DNA of 64,000 nucleotides from a candidate division WOR-3 bacterium (GCA_016867815.1 VGIR01000004.1:488-64487); one strand, 5' to 3'; positions 1 through 8,800 are shown, numbered from the stretch's first letter. Notes: generated by a model not told the origin, from the letters alone. A program made the numbers and translations.

Positions 1-216
1 TCCGCGCCACATCCTGTGCTTGAGCTTGCCCAAGAGAATCTCGATCCGAGGCCCACTTCGGCGCCCCGCTGGATGGAGTTCGTAGATGCGGCGTGTCCAA
101 TCATTGGGGAACCTCGCTATCAGACGCCCGGTATTCGCACCAAAGCAGTCAACGTATCTGAGCAAGGCGTCTTCAGTCCTTAGCACCTCAGGGTCGACAG
201 CGAATTCGTGGAGCAT
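1..216 (-). CDS. Partial CDS (N-terminal ~72 aa; 3' end lies beyond the window start). Putative partner gene of the upstream ATPase; function unknown.
   Basis: On the minus strand the ATG at ~216 starts 6 nt below the ATPase stop codon (223-225). It reads open to the window edge (MLHEFAVDPEVLRTEDALLRYVDCFGANTGRLIARFPNDW...). Absent from the ORF track only because it is truncated. Confidence 0.35.
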   Translation of the reverse strand, partial: MLHEFAVDPEVLRTEDALLRYVDCFGANTGRLIARFPNDWTRRIYELHPAGRRSGPRIEILLGKLKHRMWRG

Positions 217-222
217 GTCCGC

Positions 223-1932
223 CTAGAAGAGCTCGGCCGCCCGTTCGGCAAAGAAACCACCGGGCCAATCCACTGCAAGGTCGCCGTCAGGCGTTAGCGG
301 CATTTCGCGAACGACGCTCCCTTCGTTTGTCGGTTCGACGTAGACGACCTGCACGTCCTTCGTCGTAACACGAATGGCGCCCTTGCCATCAGTCGTTTCG
401 CGGATTCGACGTAGGATACGCAGGAGCAGATGCTCGCTGTGAGTCTCGACTATGAACGTATTCTCGCGTTCGCTCAGCGCCGCCTTGATGAACACGTCGC
501 CAAGCTCGGCCTGCAGTGCCGGGTGCAGGTGTATCTCCGGCTGCTCAATGACGATGGTCGCACCCCTAGAACCATAGGCCTCCGCGAGAACCGGCAGAAC
601 TTGGCTTATCCCCACTCCGATATCCCGATGGCTCACCAGAGTACCTGTGCGCTCGTCCGTCAGCTGCAGTTCGATGGCCGCCGGACCCTTCTCTCGTAGT
701 CGCTCCAGCGCAAGACGGATCTCAACTGGATCGTGATTCTGCGCCGAGAGTACCCGGGCGAGCGGCTCTACATCGTAGTAGGGATGCGCCTCAAGCCTGA
801 ACGGGGTCTGTAGCAGCCCTGAGCCAAGCCAGCGGTTCACAGCCTCGCGCACTTCTGAGTCAGTCCTGACTACGTCCCACGCAGATGCGCCGGAGGAATG
901 GTAGTTCGGGTCATACTCGCCATAAGTGATCAACCGCCTCGGAGGGTAGGCACGGAACGGGCCCAGGTACCGCATGCTGCCAAAGCCGCCAGCTATTCGC
1001 GCGTGCAGGTTTCTCACCATATCGTTCAGCTCTGCAAAGGGCACAGCCGGGATCCAATGCTCGGCAGTCTTCCGCAGGCTACAGATGTGCTGACGATAGG
1101 CTTCGTGGGACTCGGTTTCCTCACTCCAACTCAACGGGCCATCGCGACGCTCCTCGTAGTCAACGTCAGTGATGCCTCGTTCCTGTTTCCATTCTTCCCA
1201 CGTCACGTACCCCGGCAGCTCTCTGTCATCAGTCTGCAGAGTCGCTGTCAATTCACCGGCCGACTCCTGGCGGACCTTCACGGCGTCCCCGTCCTCACCG
1301 TGTAGCCGCTGTGCAACAAGCCCGGGGCACTTGGCGGCGATGCCGGTTACCTCAAACCACGGCCAGAAGTAGTCAGCCTCCATCTCCGCATAGACCTTAT
1401 CGTCTCCGGCCAAAGGGTAGTTCCCAGAGTCGGGGGTCTCCTCCTCAGTGAACACGTGGAGCTTCTCGGCTGCGCGCGTCCCGATTTGGGTCAACGCCAA
1501 GGGGGCATCGGAGCTCTCCCTGGTCAGCCGGATGCGTCCGCCTTCACTTTCAAGTGTGTATTCGCGGACGTACGGCTTCTTGTCGAATGCGAGTCGGACG
1601 CACACATTCCAGTCGTTGTCCAACAAGTGGCTCGCCTCGTCGGGCAGCGGCGGTTTCGCGAGCCGGAAGCCGAGCTCAACGTCGGCGTTCACGTCCCGCC
1701 TGAAAACGTACTGACGAAACCCGCCGAGGTCGACGTTGTCTCCGCCTATCTGAGTCGTGTGGGCGTCGAGGTTCTCCCTCGTGACGCCCTCATGGGCGAG
1801 TAGCAGCGCGTGTATGAGGCTGGACTTCCCGCCGCTGTTCGGCCCGAAGACCAGCGTGATGGGCTTGATAGGCAACCTCTGCGTGTCCCTGAATGCCTTG
1901 AACCCTCCAACCCGAAATTCCGTCAAGAACAC
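223..1932 (-). CDS. ABC-type AAA ATPase of the OLD/PtuA/AriA class (AAA_21-like N-terminus with a DUF3696-like C-terminal H-loop region). Candidate defence ATPase.
   Basis: Walker A GPNSGGKSS near the N-terminus. C-terminal ...TIVIEQPEIHLHPALQ... motif typical of AAA_15/AAA_21/DUF3696 ATPases. No Toprim or HNH domain inside the protein. A small downstream ORF follows on the same strand. Confidence 0.7.
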   Translation of the reverse strand: MFLTEFRVGGFKAFRDTQRLPIKPITLVFGPNSGGKSSLIHALLLAHEGVTRENLDAHTTQIGGDNVDLGGFRQYVFRRDVNADVELGFRLAKPPLPDEASHLLDNDWNVCVRLAFDKKPYVREYTLESEGGRIRLTRESSDAPLALTQIGTRAAEKLHVFTEEETPDSGNYPLAGDDKVYAEMEADYFWPWFEVTGIAAKCPGLVAQRLHGEDGDAVKVRQESAGELTATLQTDDRELPGYVTWEEWKQERGITDVDYEERRDGPLSWSEETESHEAYRQHICSLRKTAEHWIPAVPFAELNDMVRNLHARIAGGFGSMRYLGPFRAYPPRRLITYGEYDPNYHSSGASAWDVVRTDSEVREAVNRWLGSGLLQTPFRLEAHPYYDVEPLARVLSAQNHDPVEIRLALERLREKGPAAIELQLTDERTGTLVSHRDIGVGISQVLPVLAEAYGSRGATIVIEQPEIHLHPALQAELGDVFIKAALSERENTFIVETHSEHLLLRILRRIRETTDGKGAIRVTTKDVQVVYVEPTNEGSVVREMPLTPDGDLAVDWPGGFFAERAAELF

Positions 1933-2260
1933 GTGTACCTCCTCATGCGCCTCATCGTCTTATGTGACAGAGCACAGCAGCACAGGCCACAACCGGATCG
2001 ATCCTGGACAAGCCGAACAATGCAGTCCATCCTCGTACACCCGAACAACCGGAGGCTGCAGTACTCGTGCTGGATTATGGGTGATACCGAGACGGAGTCA
2101 AGCCGAGAGCGGCTGCGTGACTACTACCGGAAAGCAGAGTGGAGGGCGGACGCGATGACGGGGATTTCATCGCGGTGGAGGGCGCGGAAGTCGAGTAGGT
2201 ACTCGTCCTACTCGACCCTCCGAACACCGGCGGCCGATGGGGACAGCTGGCCTCTGGTCG

Positions 2261-3940
2261 CTAGCGGCTCAATCCCCGATACAGCGTGCCTTTGCGCACG
2301 CCCAGCCATTCCAGCGCTCCGTCGTCCCGGAAGACCGGACCGCCGTGGATGACGTCATGCTCCGGTCCGGGCCGTCCGTCGATGATTACGAACTCCTTCT
2401 TGCCCTCCCGGGCCCAGTGCGCCGTACGCCGGCTGTCCGGGCTGAACGCGAACCGGTCCAGGCCGGGATAGGCCGGCCCGGGAACGCCGTCGATCACGAC
2501 CCGGCGCTTGCCGCCGCTGTCCGCCTGGTAGGCCACGCGCCGGCTGTCCGGGCTGAAAACCATACTGCCCCAAGCGATCTCGTCGTACTTCGGTCCAGCC
2601 TGGCCATCCACCATCGCGAACTGCCCCGTGGCAGTCTTCACTCCGTAAGCCACGCGCCGGCTGTCCGGGCTGAAGACGCACCAGTCCCATACGTCCTCGT
2701 GCGCCGGGCCGGGCACGCCGTCGGTTACCAGGAACGCCTGCTCGCCCTGCAGCGCGAAGTAGACCACGCGACGGCCATCCGGGCTGAACGAGAGCCCGTC
2801 GATGAAGTCGTACGCCGGCCCGGGATTCCCGTCGACCACCGCACGCTGCTGCTGGCCATCTAGGACGGCGTAGGCGACTCGCCCGCCCTGCGGGCTGAAG
2901 ACCGGCGTTGAGACCTGCGCGTATTCCGGCCCGGCCAGCGTGTCAACCACCACGAGCCGCTTTGCGCCCTGGCGCGCCTGGTAGGCTGCGCGGGCCCCGT
3001 CCGGGCTGAATGCCAGACCCTCGATGAAGTAATACTCCCGACCGGCCTTGCCGTCGAGTACGACCCGCTGTTCCCCGACGTCGCCCGCAGCGTAGGCCAG
3101 CCGCCCGCCCACCGGGCTGAAAAGAAGCGGCCCAATGACCTCGTACTCCGCCCCGGGCAGGCTGTCGACCACGACCAGGTGCTTGTCACCCCGGCGCGCC
3201 TTGTACGCTACGTGCCGGCTGTCGGCACTGAACCGCTGATCGCTAATCTCGTCGTAGTCCGGGCCGGGCTTGCCGTCCACGACCAGGAACTGCCTGCCTT
3301 CGCGGCTCGCCCTGTACGCCACGCGTCGGCTGTCCGGGCTGAACAACGGCGCCGCACCCGCATCGTAGTCGTATTCCGGACCAGCAATGCCGTCGACCAC
3401 GACCCGCTGTTTCTCTTGGTCGAGAGCAACCCAGGCAATGCGCCGGCTGTCTGGGCTGAAAACCGTGAACAGCTCGCCCACGGCGCCGCACTTCGGCCCG
3501 GGCATGCCGTCCAGCACCACGCGCTGGCCATCACCGTCCTGCACGATACCCGCCACGTGCTTTCCGTCCTGGCTGAACGTGACCGTGAACGCGTAGACGT
3601 CGTCATACGCGGCCCCTGGCCGGCCGTCGATCACCAGGAATGCCTTGTTGTTCTTGATCCCGGTGAAGCAGAACCGCGCGCCATTCGGGCTGAACACCAG
3701 ATTGTTTTCGCGAACCGCATCCCACGTCCCGGGCAGCAGCTTGCCGTCGAGCCAGACGCTGTAACCGGAGTCGTCCGCTACGACGCAGGCAGCATGCAGT
3801 CCGTCCGCGCTGTAGGTGAAATCCTCGACCGGGTTCGGCAGCGCGCCGAGTACGGTCTCGGTCACGCTGCCCACCGCCTGCGCGCCGAGTGCCAGCGGTA
3901 ACAGGCTGGCTATCAGGACTGTGAATCGGACCAGTTTCAT
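2261..3940 (-). CDS. Secreted PD40 (WD40-like beta-propeller, TolB-like) repeat protein, paralog A.
   Basis: About 13 tandem ~39-aa repeats (V/IDGxPGPxYD....FSPDSRRxAY). Signal peptide MKLVRFTVLIASLLPLALGAQA begins at an internal ATG (3940) preceded by GGGAGA. The track ORF's longer N-terminal extension is spurious. Confidence 0.75.
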   Translation of the reverse strand: MKLVRFTVLIASLLPLALGAQAVGSVTETVLGALPNPVEDFTYSADGLHAACVVADDSGYSVWLDGKLLPGTWDAVRENNLVFSPNGARFCFTGIKNNKAFLVIDGRPGAAYDDVYAFTVTFSQDGKHVAGIVQDGDGQRVVLDGMPGPKCGAVGELFTVFSPDSRRIAWVALDQEKQRVVVDGIAGPEYDYDAGAAPLFSPDSRRVAYRASREGRQFLVVDGKPGPDYDEISDQRFSADSRHVAYKARRGDKHLVVVDSLPGAEYEVIGPLLFSPVGGRLAYAAGDVGEQRVVLDGKAGREYYFIEGLAFSPDGARAAYQARQGAKRLVVVDTLAGPEYAQVSTPVFSPQGGRVAYAVLDGQQQRAVVDGNPGPAYDFIDGLSFSPDGRRVVYFALQGEQAFLVTDGVPGPAHEDVWDWCVFSPDSRRVAYGVKTATGQFAMVDGQAGPKYDEIAWGSMVFSPDSRRVAYQADSGGKRRVVIDGVPGPAYPGLDRFAFSPDSRRTAHWAREGKKEFVIIDGRPGPEHDVIHGGPVFRDDGALEWLGVRKGTLYRGLSR

Positions 3941-3962
3941 TTCATGTCTCCCTAGTTTGGCG

Positions 3963-5444
3963 TCATCGTCCTGGCGGCAGTCGCACCCGGAACAGCGAAT
4001 CACTGCGCACCGCGAGCCACTCGAGCGCGCCGTCGGCACGGAACTCGGGGCCGCCCAGCAGCCGGTCATACTCCGCGCCGGGCAGGCCATCGACCACGAC
4101 CAGCGCCCGGTAGCCCCGGCCCGCCCGAAAGGCAAAGCGCCGGCTGTCTGGGCTGAAGACCGGCCGCGCGGCATCGTTGTACACCGTCCCGGGTTTGCCG
4201 TCGAGCACGGCGAACCAGCGGTCGACCGAGTCGTTGGCGCAATAGGCCAGATGCCGGCTGTCCGGGCTGAAGATAACGCTCTCATCCCGGATATCGTAGT
4301 ACTCCGCGCCGGGCAGGCTGTCATCAATCACCCGGGTCCGGTCGTTCTGCCAGGCAAGGACGGCCATGCGCCGGCTGTCCGGGCTGAAGACAGCCGGCTC
4401 GACACCGTCGTATGCCGGCCCGGGCACGCCGTCGCGCACCGTGAAAACCTTGTCTCCCTGCCGGGCCCGGTAGGCCAAGCTGCGGCTGTCCGGGCTGAAC
4501 ACCAAGTAATGCGCGTCCGCGTATTCCGGACCTTCCCGGCCGTCGACCACGACCCGGTACTGCTCGCCCCGGCGGGCGCAGTAGGCCATGCGCCGGCTGT
4601 CCGGGCTGAAGACCGGGCCGTCGGTGATCTCGTCGTACGCCGAACCGGGAGCAGTATCCTGCACAACAAACCACTTGTCGCCCCGGCGGGCCGAGTAAGC
4701 GAAGCTCCGGCCGTCCGGGCTGAAAACCGCCCCTTCCCGGCCGAGCGCGTCATACGCCGGCCCGGGCACCGAATCGACCACAATGAACTTTGCTTCGTCC
4801 TGCTCGGCGGAAAAGGCCAGGCGTCGGCTGTCCGGGCTGAAGACCAGTTCCCGGACACTCGTGTACTCCGGCCCGACCCGGCCGTCAATTACCACACGCC
4901 GGGCGCCTCTTTGCCAGAGGATGTACGCCGCGCGCCGGCTGTCCGGGCTGAAGATGAGCCCCCAGGCACCGTAGCCGCGCGGCCCGGCGACGCCGTCAAT
5001 CACCATCCACTGCCAGCTGCTGTCCCGCGCCGCGTAGCCGGTGCGCCGGCTGTCCGGGCTGAAGATCTGGTCGCCCAGCTCAATCTCATCGCATACCGGT
5101 CCGGGCCGGCCGTCGATCACGGCAAACGCCTTGCCGCCCTTCATGGCAATGTAAAGAGTATGTTGTCCGTCCGGGCTGAACGCGAGTTCACCGATCCAGA
5201 TCGAATCATAGATCCCGGCCTGCACTTTGCCGTCAAACCAGGCGCTCTGGCCGGAGTCGACCGCGACCACGCCTGCCGCGTGGCGCAGGTCCCGGCTGCG
5301 GACAATCTGGCCGACCAGCGCCGGAACCGGGCCGAGGAACTTCTCGGTCGCCTTCCCGGCCGGCCGCGCCCAGGTCAGAAAAGGGAGAAGACCGACGATC
5401 AACGCGCCGCGCAGACGAGGTCTCAAAGTCGATTCCTTTCGCAT
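3963..5444 (-). CDS. Secreted PD40 beta-propeller repeat protein, paralog B.
   Basis: Same repeat architecture as paralog A. Signal peptide MRKESTLRPRLRGALIVGLLPFLTWA at an internal ATG. Lies directly upstream of paralog A (23-nt gap). Confidence 0.75.
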   Translation of the reverse strand: MRKESTLRPRLRGALIVGLLPFLTWARPAGKATEKFLGPVPALVGQIVRSRDLRHAAGVVAVDSGQSAWFDGKVQAGIYDSIWIGELAFSPDGQHTLYIAMKGGKAFAVIDGRPGPVCDEIELGDQIFSPDSRRTGYAARDSSWQWMVIDGVAGPRGYGAWGLIFSPDSRRAAYILWQRGARRVVIDGRVGPEYTSVRELVFSPDSRRLAFSAEQDEAKFIVVDSVPGPAYDALGREGAVFSPDGRSFAYSARRGDKWFVVQDTAPGSAYDEITDGPVFSPDSRRMAYCARRGEQYRVVVDGREGPEYADAHYLVFSPDSRSLAYRARQGDKVFTVRDGVPGPAYDGVEPAVFSPDSRRMAVLAWQNDRTRVIDDSLPGAEYYDIRDESVIFSPDSRHLAYCANDSVDRWFAVLDGKPGTVYNDAARPVFSPDSRRFAFRAGRGYRALVVVDGLPGAEYDRLLGGPEFRADGALEWLAVRSDSLFRVRLPPGR

Positions 5445-5610
5445 ACATGTTCTTCCGAAGATCACACCGCATATTGTAGCAGGAAGGTAGAGCACTGTCA
5501 GGCGAAAACAGCCGCCGAGACTCCGCACTTGAGCCCACCACCAGGTCGGTGACCAGACCAGATCGGGAGTCAGAATCCTGCAGGTGGCCGAGCAACAGAA
5601 CGGACGCAGG

Positions 5611-7080
5611 CTAGTGCTGGAATGCGGACTGGAGGGCGGCGGCGATGATGGGAATCTCATCCTGGCGGAGGGTCCGGAAATCGAGCAGGTATTCGCCCTT
5701 CTCGACCCGGCCGAATACCGGTGGGCGATTGAGGCGCATCCGGCGGGCAAGCTCGTCCACGTGCACGGTCTTTGGCCGAACCGAAACCACGCGTGATTCG
5801 AGGCTCTCGGTGGCGAGCGACCCACCGCCGATTTCGGATAGCGCGGGCTTCACCTGGACTGCGGCCTTGTCCTTGAGCCTGGCCTGCACCTGACTCACAA
5901 GCGTCTCTGCCTCTTCCTGCATCTGCTGGGGAGTCTTGAGCAGGAGCTGGAACAGAGCGTGCTCCTTGACGACTCGCTCTTCGTCGAGGAAGAGCTCCAG
6001 GGTCCGTTCGAGCACGGCGTAGGTCAGCTTGCCGCAGCGCATGGCACGGGTGAGCGGGTGTTTCTTCAAGAGGTCGATGTACTTCTTCTTGCCGACGATG
6101 ATGCCTGCCTGCGACGCGGAAATCAGCTTGTCCCCGGAGAAGCAGATGACATCGGCTCCGGCTTTGACCGACTCCTGCACCAACGGTTCCTTGGGCAGGC
6201 CGTACTTCGAGAGGTCTATGAGCGCGCCGGAACCAAGGTCATCCACCACCAGCACCTTGGCCTCACGCGCCAGCCCGACCAGCTCTTCAAGTCCCACTTC
6301 CTTGGTGAACCCGGTAATCTTGTAGTTGGAAGTGTGGACCCGGAGCAGCAATGCCGTCTCGGACGTGATGGCATTCTTGTAGTCACGCAGGTGGGTACGG
6401 TTGGTTGTGCCTACCTCTACCATCTTGCATCCACTCTGCTGCATCACGTCGGGGATGCGGAATGCTCCGCCGATTTCGATGAGCTGGCCCCGCGAGACAA
6501 TCGCCTCCCTGCCCTTGGCCAGCCCCGAGAGGATGAGCAGCGTCGCGGCGCAGTTGTTGTTGACGACCATCGCCGCCTCGGCCCCGGTCAGCTCGCAGAG
6601 CAGCGGCTCGATGTGTCGATAGCGGCTGCCGCGCCTGCCAGTCTCAAGGTCGATTTCGAGGCTGGAGAAATGCTCGCTCACGTCGGCCAGCGCTTCCTGC
6701 GCGGCCTTGGACAACGGCGCGCGACCCAGCCCGGTATGCAGGATGACGCCGAGTCCGTTGATCGCCCGAGTCAGGGTCGGCTTGCGCTCGCGTTCAAGAC
6801 GCCGCTCTAGTTCGGTCTGGTCGTAGGCAACGCCCTCGCCAGCGTGAATCTTCTCCCGCAGTTCATCCAGGTAGACCCGTATCGTACGCACCGCCATTCG
6901 ACGGTGGACGTGAGACAGAACCGGCTTCAGTTCCTCACTCTCGAGCAGCTTGTCTACCGATGGCAGAGACCGAAAAGTGGCCCCGTGATCTAGTGGTCCA
7001 GTGTTCGAGTGTCCGGTCGGGAGTCCCGCACTTGACCTCTTGACCACTTGAGCACTAGACCGCTGCTGTTTCTTCTTCAC
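5611..7080 (-). CDS. selA: L-seryl-tRNA(Sec) selenium transferase (selenocysteine synthase).
   Basis: Full-length similarity to SelA (..FRSLPSVDKLL.., VVNNNCAATLLIL, VSRGQLIEIGGAFRIPDVM, HTSNY, FSGDKL...). GTG start at 7080 abuts the mcsB stop. The first ~35 codons are encoded by palindromic repeat element E1. Confidence 0.85.
   Translation of the reverse strand: MKKKQQRSSAQVVKRSSAGLPTGHSNTGPLDHGATFRSLPSVDKLLESEELKPVLSHVHRRMAVRTIRVYLDELREKIHAGEGVAYDQTELERRLERERKPTLTRAINGLGVILHTGLGRAPLSKAAQEALADVSEHFSSLEIDLETGRRGSRYRHIEPLLCELTGAEAAMVVNNNCAATLLILSGLAKGREAIVSRGQLIEIGGAFRIPDVMQQSGCKMVEVGTTNRTHLRDYKNAITSETALLLRVHTSNYKITGFTKEVGLEELVGLAREAKVLVVDDLGSGALIDLSKYGLPKEPLVQESVKAGADVICFSGDKLISASQAGIIVGKKKYIDLLKKHPLTRAMRCGKLTYAVLERTLELFLDEERVVKEHALFQLLLKTPQQMQEEAETLVSQVQARLKDKAAVQVKPALSEIGGGSLATESLESRVVSVRPKTVHVDELARRMRLNRPPVFGRVEKGEYLLDFRTLRQDEIPIIAAALQSAFQH
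6988..7062. repeat. Palindromic repeat element E1 (GTCNAGTG-type octamers x4, centre CGGGACTCCCG, inverted octamers x4), in-frame inside the selA 5' coding region.
   Basis: Read from the sequence; the plus and minus strands are near-identical. A homologous element sits in the lolD 5' region. Confidence 0.6.
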
Positions 7081-8120
7081 GGATGCACCAGCGTCTCTCG
7101 GACGAATGTGGCGCGGCGCTCGTCGCGTTCCGCCGCGGTCAGGTTCTCGCCCAGCAGCGCCTGCAGGTTCGCAGGACGGACAAGTATCATCAGCCGCGTC
7201 ACCTGCTCCAGGCTGATCTCGTTGACTATGCCAAGGGTGACTCCGAGCCTGAGGCCGGCAATCAGGTTTATCGCCTCGTCCGAAGAGAGGACGCGCGCGC
7301 CCCGCAACAGGCCAAGCGACCGGAAGACCTTGTCTTCGACCTCGACCCGCAGCTTCTTCATCAGGTACTCACGCGCCTTCCGCTCGTACAGAATCACCTG
7401 CCGACTGATGTCGGCGATCGTCTCGATGATCTCCCACTCGGTCTGGCCGACCGTCTTCTGGTTGGAAATCTGGAAGAAGTTGCCCTTGGTTTCAGTTCCC
7501 TCGCCGTACAGGCCGCGCACCGCGAGGCCGATATGGATGGCCCCGCGCAGCACCTTTTCGATCTCGCGGGTGATGACCAGCGCGGGGAGGTGCACGAGAA
7601 CCGAGGCCCGCATTCCGGTGCCGAGGTTGGTCGGGCACGCGGTCAGGAATCCGAACTCGGGCGAGAAGGCGTACTGAAGCTGGCTCTCCAGCTTCTCATC
7701 AAGAGCCGCCGCCGCAGTGAAGGCCTCGGGGAAATCGAGGCCGGATGCCATCACCTGGAACCGAAGGTGGTCTTCTTCGTTGATCATCAGGCTCGTGGCT
7801 TCATCGTTGCCGACGTAGAACCCGCGCTTTGCCTTGGAGGCGATGAAATCGGGCGAAGCGAGGTGACGCTCGATCAGGTACTGGCACTGCGGGTCGGCAA
7901 GCTGCTCGTTCTGGAGGAACTTGCCGTTCTCCAGGTAGCCGGTGTCGGTAAGCGCCCAGCGTACGACGTCAACGGTACGTTCGTGGTCGCGGGGCTCTGC
8001 CCGGTGGGTGAAGGGTACGTCGGCCAGGTTCCGCGCCAGCCGGACGCGGGTGGAGAGGACTACGTCAGCTTCCGGGCCGGAGGCCGCAAGCCACTTCCCG
8101 ACCGAACCGCCTGGACTCAT
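7077..8120 (-). CDS. mcsB: Protein arginine kinase (ATP:guanido phosphotransferase family).
   Basis: Phosphagen-kinase signature CPTNLGTGMRASV and an McsB-like N-terminus (VVLSTRVRLARNLADVPF). Confidence 0.8.
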   Translation of the reverse strand: MSPGGSVGKWLAASGPEADVVLSTRVRLARNLADVPFTHRAEPRDHERTVDVVRWALTDTGYLENGKFLQNEQLADPQCQYLIERHLASPDFIASKAKRGFYVGNDEATSLMINEEDHLRFQVMASGLDFPEAFTAAAALDEKLESQLQYAFSPEFGFLTACPTNLGTGMRASVLVHLPALVITREIEKVLRGAIHIGLAVRGLYGEGTETKGNFFQISNQKTVGQTEWEIIETIADISRQVILYERKAREYLMKKLRVEVEDKVFRSLGLLRGARVLSSDEAINLIAGLRLGVTLGIVNEISLEQVTRLMILVRPANLQALLGENLTAAERDERRATFVRETLVHP

Positions 8121-8133
8121 AGAAGCGGAGTAT

Positions 8134-8212
8134 CACCACCAAGGCACCAAGACACCAAGTCCGAGAACGGACTTCCTGTCCGGTCTGCTTTGTGCCTTTG
8201 TATCTTTGTGGC
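8134..8212. repeat. Palindromic repeat element E2 (ACCACCAAG GCACCAAG ACACCAAG, a 28-nt spacer, then CTTTGTGC CTTTGTAT CTTTGTGG) in the mcsA-mcsB intergenic region, ~22 nt upstream of the mcsB ATG.
   Basis: Read from the sequence. The arms differ from perfect complements by one systematic position per heptamer. Confidence 0.65.
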
Positions 8213-8220
8213 GGGCATCC

Positions 8221-8709
8221 TCACTCCCCTTCAGTTTTCCGGAGTTGGTCGCGCAGGGCCGCGGCCTTCTCGTAGTCTTCGTCCTGTATGGCGCCGGACA
8301 GCGCCTCGCGCAGCTTCTGGACGTTCATCTTCATCTGCGCCTGCTTGCGCCCTCCGCTCGCGGTCCTGCCGACGTGCTGCACCGCGTCGTGGATCCGTCT
8401 TATCAGCGGTACGAGCTGATCGTGAAATGACGTGTAACACTCGGCGCAGCCGAGCCGGGCCTGCCGTTTGAACTCGGCATAGGAGAGGCCGCAATTCGGG
8501 CAGATCAGCTTCGAATCGCCCTCATCGATGCGGTTCTTCAGCTCGGTGATGATCTCGGCTACGTTCGCCTTCAGCTTCTCGACTTCGGTGAACCCTCGCT
8601 GGCGGGCGCATTCGGGGCAGATGGTGATCTCCGTGACCTTGCCCTCCTTGTCGAGCTGGCTCACCTTCATTGTCGCCTCACCCTTGCCGCAGAGGTCACA
8701 TGCCTTCAT
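8221..8709 (-). CDS. mcsA: McsA-like activator of protein arginine kinase (zinc-ribbon plus UVR domain).
   Basis: MKACDLCGK...ICPECA...CPNCG...CAECY Cys pairs and a C-terminal UVR motif (EDYEKAAALRDQL). Start placed at the internal MKAC; the track ORF extends further upstream. Confidence 0.6.
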   Translation of the reverse strand: MKACDLCGKGEATMKVSQLDKEGKVTEITICPECARQRGFTEVEKLKANVAEIITELKNRIDEGDSKLICPNCGLSYAEFKRQARLGCAECYTSFHDQLVPLIRRIHDAVQHVGRTASGGRKQAQMKMNVQKLREALSGAIQDEDYEKAAALRDQLRKTEGE

Positions 8710-8732
8710 ATGGATGGAAAAACCGGAGGTCC

Positions 8733-8800
8733 GCCACAAGGGCACAAAGACCCGAAGAGGCCCCAGACTCTGGAACCTTCGGGACTTTGTGTTCTAGTGG
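8733..8800. repeat. Palindromic repeat element E3 (CACAAGG GCACAAAG ACCCGAAG, a 19-nt loop, then CTTCGGG ACTTTGTG TTCTAGTG) between lolD and mcsA.
   Basis: Near-perfect 15-bp inverted repeat. Belongs to the same heptamer family. Confidence 0.6.

Noticed and set aside
2237-5552. Many overlapping 100-580-aa ORFs in alternative frames and on the plus strand across the PD40 genes (for example 3816-5552, 2237-2863, 3179-3901).
   Set aside because: They are products of the 117-bp periodic coding repeats in high-GC DNA. Only the two minus-strand frames have signal peptides and PD40 repeats.
7030-7062. GGTCAAG-A-GGTCAAG tandem heptads next to mcsB/mcsA, reminiscent of the CtsR operator (A/GGTCAAA-NAN-A/GGTCAAA).
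   Set aside because: Spacing is 8 bp rather than 10 bp. The sequence lies downstream of mcsB inside the selA coding start, and it is one arm of the larger palindromic element family, so a CtsR box is unlikely.
6965-7065. Possible tRNA-Sec (selC) next to selA.
   Set aside because: There is no T-arm GGTTCGANTCC and no UCA anticodon loop. The segment is a perfect palindrome shared with the lolD 5' region, so it is a repeat element and not a tRNA.
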